64,000 bases of DNA. It comes from Henriciella sp. (lineage in GTDB: Bacteria > Pseudomonadota > Alphaproteobacteria > Caulobacterales > Hyphomonadaceae). Each line of letters opens with the position of its first letter. Position 1 is the stretch's first letter. A program made the position numbers and the translations under genes. Positions 59,436 through 64,000 of this stretch are shown here, piece after piece. The stretch covers positions 64,815-128,814 of the forward strand of contig JAJFFK010000037.1 in NCBI GenBank assembly GCA_021776655.1, in the 5' to 3' direction. The notes beneath the pieces are model-generated. The model was not told the DNA's origin and searched no databases. It saw only the letters and a list, made by a program, of their open reading frames with translations.

Positions 59436-61877
59436 TCAACCGTCTGATACAACCCTGAGCTGGCGCTCATTTGGGCTATCTGCCGGATTAAGGCGGGCTT
59501 CTTCCGCACGTGTGCGAATGAGCTTCAACTCATGGGTGACTGTCTTTATTTCCTTCAAGAATGCCAATCGGGCCGTGCGATCCCCGCTTTTTCCGTCAGG
59601 AATCAGTCCACGATTTTGGGCCAGTTGATAGCCATTGGAGAACATAAGTTTTCCGATAGATTCTTCGCTGGTGATCTGGCGTTGCAGATAAGCCTGTTTG
59701 CCCAATTTCAAAGCGCTCTCGACGACCGATTTTTGGGCCAGATCTTCGCCTGGCTCTGTTTTTGAAATAATGTCAGCGACGATGCTATAGGCCTCGACAA
59801 AGGGTCTCAAAACCGCGTGTGAAACCAGAGGCGTGAGGTTTCGTAGCATCGCGTCGGCCTCGCCTGCGATCAAACGTGTTTTCCAATCAGGTATTGATCG
59901 CACAAGCTCAGCCTCAATAACTTTCTGGTGGTCGACCCAATCTGGATAGAAAAATTCGAATTTAAACACATCACGCACATGCTTAATCGCCTCCCAGAAG
60001 GCCTCAATTGTGACGGCTTTGGAGAGCCGTGACATCCGCAAAAGGGCGACCTCAATCAGCGCCTTGTCGACGAAGAAATGAATTGAATTGTTGCGATAAT
60101 AACTAGCCTCAAAATGCTTGCCGTCGGCAATTGAAAAGACACTTTCAGTGCCGCCATCATAGCGTGACACGATACCAATTTCGATCATCGCACGGGCAAC
60201 ATTCCGAACACGCTCTTCATCGGGAACTTGTAACTCCTCTGTCATCGGTAGATTTCTCTCCCGCGCCCAATCGGCCAGCGCCACCATTTCCCGGCTGGAT
60301 TCAGTCTCGGTCAGGGCTTGCGGTGCGGCACCAGTCAAAACCAGAGAGTATAGCGATGAAGGGGTGAGCGGCGTTACGGCATTGGCGTTGACCGAGGCTT
60401 CAAAGGCCAGCTTCTGCAACTCGATTGAGAAACTGTCTGAGCCGGCCTCGAGCGCAGTTTTGAATTTTTTGCTGGTTGTATCGACAACAACCGGATCGCC
60501 AATGCCAATGGAAATACGGCCTAGCGGCTTGCGCAAGCTACGCAAATAGCCAATGAACCAGGATATGCTCTCGCGCCTTTTGGTCGTGCCTGATTGTTCG
60601 CGCGCATAATCGCCCAACTCGGCGATAAGGTCATAGTAGATTGATATTGGAACGATGTTCATATCTGTAATGTTCTTGTTTGCGGCCGCTTCTACGACAT
60701 ATTTGAGGATGCCAAATCGCGGCGGCATCAGCTTGCCATTGCGTGAACGTGTGCCCTCCAGCGCCCAGGATATCGGGAAGCGTTTTTCCAAAAGCCATGT
60801 CAGGTAGAACCTGAGTACGGCTTTATAGACGGTTGAATCCATCTTGCGGCGTATGAAAATTGTGCCCGCGCGGCTCATCAAATAGCCGACACCAAAGAAG
60901 GCCATATTGTTACCACCGATTGTATGGACCAGTGGGAACCGCTCGTCCTGTGTGGACAGTAGAATGGCAAAACCATCAATATGGGTCTTGTGGGTCCAGA
61001 CGAGCGCGGTTGGCTTGGTCAGCGCAAGTTCACGTACTTCATTCATTCTCGCTTTGTCGTAGACCAGGTCTTTTTCGTAACCGAGACTGCTGACCTTGCG
61101 CGCAAAGCTACCACTGAGGCTGATATGCGGCGCTTGAATATTCGGGACGAGTTCTTTCAGGCACGCTCTGGCTTCGATTTTGACAGCCTCAAGTGTCTCA
61201 CCTGTTTCGCCGGCAATTTCCGCTAATTGCGCTTGAAAGTGAGGACGCCCCCAGATCGATCGGCGGGCATGTCGCGGATATTTTACCGTGTCGCCAGTGG
61301 CCCGGCGCGAATCGCGTTCAATCGTGACTGCGGCTTCCAGCGCAATGAAATTAGCTAACAAGTTGAGGTCAGTGCGAGCTGGCGCGAGAGAGTCAGCGGC
61401 CATACTGTCATATTTGGCTTGTAGGGCCTTGAGCGTTCCAAACTCACCAACCACGATGGCGGCTCGCTCCGGGCTAGTGTTCAGGACGCGGCCTTGACGC
61501 CAATTGCTTTGAACCAGGCGCGTCCAGGAATGGATTGCTAGCCAGGATTGACGGTCCTGGGTTTTAGGCTTCCAGACCACGCCAATGGGAACAATATCAA
61601 GGGTTTCAGATACTCCAATACGCTCGGCAAGGCCTTCATGTACCAGATCGTCACCTTGGTGGCGTTCGCCGAACCAGGCTATGCAGGCGCGCTCGTCTTC
61701 GGGCAGTCCTTCAAAATGCTCATCAATGTATGATTGCAGAATACGCCGTTCGGTTTTGGTATTGGCGAACATCAACATCAGGCGTGGGCGTCCCGGACGA
61801 TTGGGCAAAGCGCCGACAATCTGAACGCCCGTGGAGGTCATTCGGGATACTTGATTTCTATCGCCCGTGTCCGTCAT
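59436..61877 (-). CDS. plsB: Glycerol-3-phosphate 1-O-acyltransferase
   Basis: HKTHID (HX4D), 'GTIFIRR', 'LEGTRSRNGK', 'VPISIYYD'. Confidence 0.9.
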   Translation of the reverse strand: MTDTGDRNQVSRMTSTGVQIVGALPNRPGRPRLMLMFANTKTERRILQSYIDEHFEGLPEDERACIAWFGERHQGDDLVHEGLAERIGVSETLDIVPIGVVWKPKTQDRQSWLAIHSWTRLVQSNWRQGRVLNTSPERAAIVVGEFGTLKALQAKYDSMAADSLAPARTDLNLLANFIALEAAVTIERDSRRATGDTVKYPRHARRSIWGRPHFQAQLAEIAGETGETLEAVKIEARACLKELVPNIQAPHISLSGSFARKVSSLGYEKDLVYDKARMNEVRELALTKPTALVWTHKTHIDGFAILLSTQDERFPLVHTIGGNNMAFFGVGYLMSRAGTIFIRRKMDSTVYKAVLRFYLTWLLEKRFPISWALEGTRSRNGKLMPPRFGILKYVVEAAANKNITDMNIVPISIYYDLIAELGDYAREQSGTTKRRESISWFIGYLRSLRKPLGRISIGIGDPVVVDTTSKKFKTALEAGSDSFSIELQKLAFEASVNANAVTPLTPSSLYSLVLTGAAPQALTETESSREMVALADWARERNLPMTEELQVPDEERVRNVARAMIEIGIVSRYDGGTESVFSIADGKHFEASYYRNNSIHFFVDKALIEVALLRMSRLSKAVTIEAFWEAIKHVRDVFKFEFFYPDWVDHQKVIEAELVRSIPDWKTRLIAGEADAMLRNLTPLVSHAVLRPFVEAYSIVADIISKTEPGEDLAQKSVVESALKLGKQAYLQRQITSEESIGKLMFSNGYQLAQNRGLIPDGKSGDRTARLAFLKEIKTVTHELKLIRTRAEEARLNPADSPNERQLRVVSDG

Positions 61878-61879
61878 GA

Positions 61880-62881
61880 CTATCCTGGCTCGGCTTCTGA
61901 CTGGGTCTGCGTTCGCAGCAGGCCTCGAAAAGCACGGCGTGCTGTCGAGCCTTCGTGGCAGGCTTTGTAGACTTCGTGCGCAATCGGCATTTCGATGCCA
62001 TGCTCGGCGGCCAAATCCATCACGATCTTGCTGGAATTGATCCCTTCGGCGACCTGATTCATGTCTTTGATGATCTGGTCAACGGTTTGGCCTTTGCCAA
62101 GTTCAACGCCAACATGATGGTTGCGGCTGAGGCTGGATGTGCAGGTCGCCATCAAGTCGCCGAGGCCCGCTAGGCCGGCAAATGTTTCAGGGCGTCCGCC
62201 CATTGCGACACCTAGCCTGGTGATTTCGGACAAGCCGCGCGTGATCACCGCTGACCGCGTATTCTCGCCAGCGCCTGTGCCGTCGCCCATGCCAGACGCA
62301 ATCGCGATTACATTCTTGAGGGCTCCACCAAGTTCGCAACCAACCATGTCGGTGCTGCGATAGACTCGAAACAGATTGGACTGGAAGACCGCTTGCAGGC
62401 GCGCGACAATCGTTTCGTCTTCAACCGCTATTACGGTTGCAGCAGCGTAGCCCTGTACGATTTCGCGGGCCAGATTGGGGCCGGTCAAAACCCCGGGAGG
62501 ATGACCCGGCAGGATTTCCTCGATGATTTCGGTCATCCGGTAGCGGGTTTCCGGTTCGAACCCCTTGGCCAGGCTAACCACAGGAACCCAGGCGCGAATG
62601 TGCGGCTTGATGCTGATCAGGGTCTGGCGCATGGCCTTTGAAGGAACGCCCATCACGACCAAATCCGCGTTGCGCACGGCGTCGGCCAAGTCATCAGTCG
62701 CTTTGAGGTCTTTATGCAACTTCAGGCCAGGGAGATAGCGACTATTGGCCCTGTTCTCGTTGATATCAATCGTCGTTTTTCGATCGCGAGCCCAGAGGAC
62801 CGTAGGCGCATTTGCGGCGACAATAGAGGCCACCGTGGTTCCCCACGAGCCAGCCCCGATAACAGCAACTTTCAGGTCCAT
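61880..62881 (-). CDS. gpsA: NAD(P)H-dependent glycerol-3-phosphate dehydrogenase
   Basis: GAGSWGT, 'GPN.A.E', 'GGALKNV.AIA', 'GLAGLGDL', 'SRN'. Confidence 0.95.
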   Translation of the reverse strand: MDLKVAVIGAGSWGTTVASIVAANAPTVLWARDRKTTIDINENRANSRYLPGLKLHKDLKATDDLADAVRNADLVVMGVPSKAMRQTLISIKPHIRAWVPVVSLAKGFEPETRYRMTEIIEEILPGHPPGVLTGPNLAREIVQGYAAATVIAVEDETIVARLQAVFQSNLFRVYRSTDMVGCELGGALKNVIAIASGMGDGTGAGENTRSAVITRGLSEITRLGVAMGGRPETFAGLAGLGDLMATCTSSLSRNHHVGVELGKGQTVDQIIKDMNQVAEGINSSKIVMDLAAEHGIEMPIAHEVYKACHEGSTARRAFRGLLRTQTQSEAEPG

Positions 62882-63011
62882 TCAGTGCCTCCCGCGTGGT
62901 CCGTGAAAACGTATGATCACGTGGCTTGAAAGCACTCTATGCAACAAATTGTCATTTGGGAATTGCAAACCTAGGAAATTGAAAAATCAACACATAAACA
63001 GGTGTGTGCCG

Positions 63012-63998
63012 TTAAAGCGTGTCGCTTTGGCCGAGTGTATCCAGGAATTTCTGCCGCACGTCGTCGACATGTTTATTGAGGGTTTTTATCGTCCATCGCT
63101 TGGTCTTGATCGGCTTGAGGACGGTCACCTTGATCTGCGTCGGCTTGGCAATGTGCTGACCTTTCGGCAGAGCATCGGAGCTGTTGTGGATAACCACAGG
63201 CACGATCGGTACGCCAGCTTGCATCGCGATATGGAAGGCTCCCTTTTTGAACGCCCCCAGTTTCTTACCCCGACTGCGAGTTCCCTCTGGGGCCAGGCAC
63301 ACGGACAGGTTCTCTTCTGTAAGGGCGGTGATGACAGGTTTGATCTGCTCAATTGCTTTGGCCGACGAAGACCTGTCGATAAAGACGACACCGGCATATG
63401 TCAGTGCTGGCCCGACAATCGGAAACTTCTTGATTTCCTGCTTGCCAATGCCGGTAAAATCCTGTCGCAATAATTTGCCAATTACCACAGTATCAATCGA
63501 GCTTTGGTGATTGAAGATGAACACAGCAGGGCGGTGCGACCAGAGATGTTCCTCGCCTTCGATATCATAGGTTAATCCGGCGAAGGCCGACGCGAAATCT
63601 GTCCAGATCGACATACTGGCATTCAAAGCGGTACGCTTGTTCCCAGATGCCGCCCAGAGCGGCGCTGTCAGCGCCATCGATGTTGGCAGCATGGCATAGA
63701 TCGCCCCTGTACGGGCAATCTGAGATAGGGTTGGGCGACCACCACTCTTGAAGTTACAGACCGGGTAACTTCGGTTGCGAGAGATGGCGGTCAGTTTCTT
63801 GCTCGGATTAACCACGCGTGGGTGGCCCACTACTTCGAGCAAAGGCAGGTCGTCTTCACTATCTGTATAGAAGAAACTATCTTCGAGATCAGCTTCAAAC
63901 TCTTCGCAAAAATCTTCTCCGGCGGTGCGTTTGCCTTCGCCGAAACAGGTTGGACTGATCACTTCGCCAGTGAATACGCCGTCTTCCACTTCAAGATC
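63012..63998 (-). CDS. HAD-IB hydrolase / 1-acyl-G3P acyltransferase fusion (5' end outside window)
   Basis: HAD 'FGEGK', 'YTDSEDDLPLL', then PlsC 'NHQSSID', 'FIDR', 'PEGTRS'. Frame is open to the window edge. Confidence 0.9.
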   Translation of the reverse strand, partial: DLEVEDGVFTGEVISPTCFGEGKRTAGEDFCEEFEADLEDSFFYTDSEDDLPLLEVVGHPRVVNPSKKLTAISRNRSYPVCNFKSGGRPTLSQIARTGAIYAMLPTSMALTAPLWAASGNKRTALNASMSIWTDFASAFAGLTYDIEGEEHLWSHRPAVFIFNHQSSIDTVVIGKLLRQDFTGIGKQEIKKFPIVGPALTYAGVVFIDRSSSAKAIEQIKPVITALTEENLSVCLAPEGTRSRGKKLGAFKKGAFHIAMQAGVPIVPVVIHNSSDALPKGQHIAKPTQIKVTVLKPIKTKRWTIKTLNKHVDDVRQKFLDTLGQSDTL

Positions 63999-64000
63999 AG

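Noticed and set aside
62913..63473. 186-aa plus-strand ORF and other long antisense ORFs (e.g. 34907-35599, 54289-55008)
   Set aside because: Shadows of well-supported genes on the opposite strand, with no recognisable motifs.
1..64000. CRISPR array or rRNA
   Set aside because: No regularly spaced repeat-spacer series or rRNA-like sequence seen. The operator palindromes are isolated intergenic sites.

Overview
Alphaproteobacterial chromosomal segment (gene content suggests Hyphomonadaceae; inference only) in five blocks. (1) 1-22.6 kb: a TonB-receptor-rich catabolic region with a non-phosphorylative L-rhamnonate pathway, a GH78 rhamnosidase, an esterase, a GPH transporter, two apparently exported Rid proteins, a Tat dipeptidase and a DUF3604 lipoprotein. 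Eight copies of a TTGGT-N3-ACCAA-like palindrome link these genes to a FadR/GntR repressor. (2) 22.7-34.3 kb: the best candidate for an undescribed system. A PPP phosphatase, a TPR Ser/Thr kinase and a phosphorylation-type ECF sigma factor lie next to a divergent cluster: two membrane proteins, SPFH/coiled-coil/Zn-ribbon, Zn-ribbon/FHA, Zn-ribbon/kinase, Zn-ribbon/papain-like protease and a lipoprotein. An identical bipartite motif, TGACCCGTT-N11-CTGCGCCTA, precedes the first two genes. (3) 34.5-42.6 kb: MFS-GST, then a decayed island at tRNA-Ser(CGA) with an integrase N-terminal remnant, BCCT-betA, an IS3 end fused to a truncated cysK-glutaredoxin, and a PLP decarboxylase. (4) Core genes rplU-rpmA-GNAT-obgE-proB, a cobalamin riboswitch with btuBFCD, and an acetate-type symporter with acs. 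(5) An actinobacterial-like neutral-lipid cluster (HAD/PlsC, gpsA, plsB, WS/DGAT). No database search was run; family calls rest on motifs recognised by eye.
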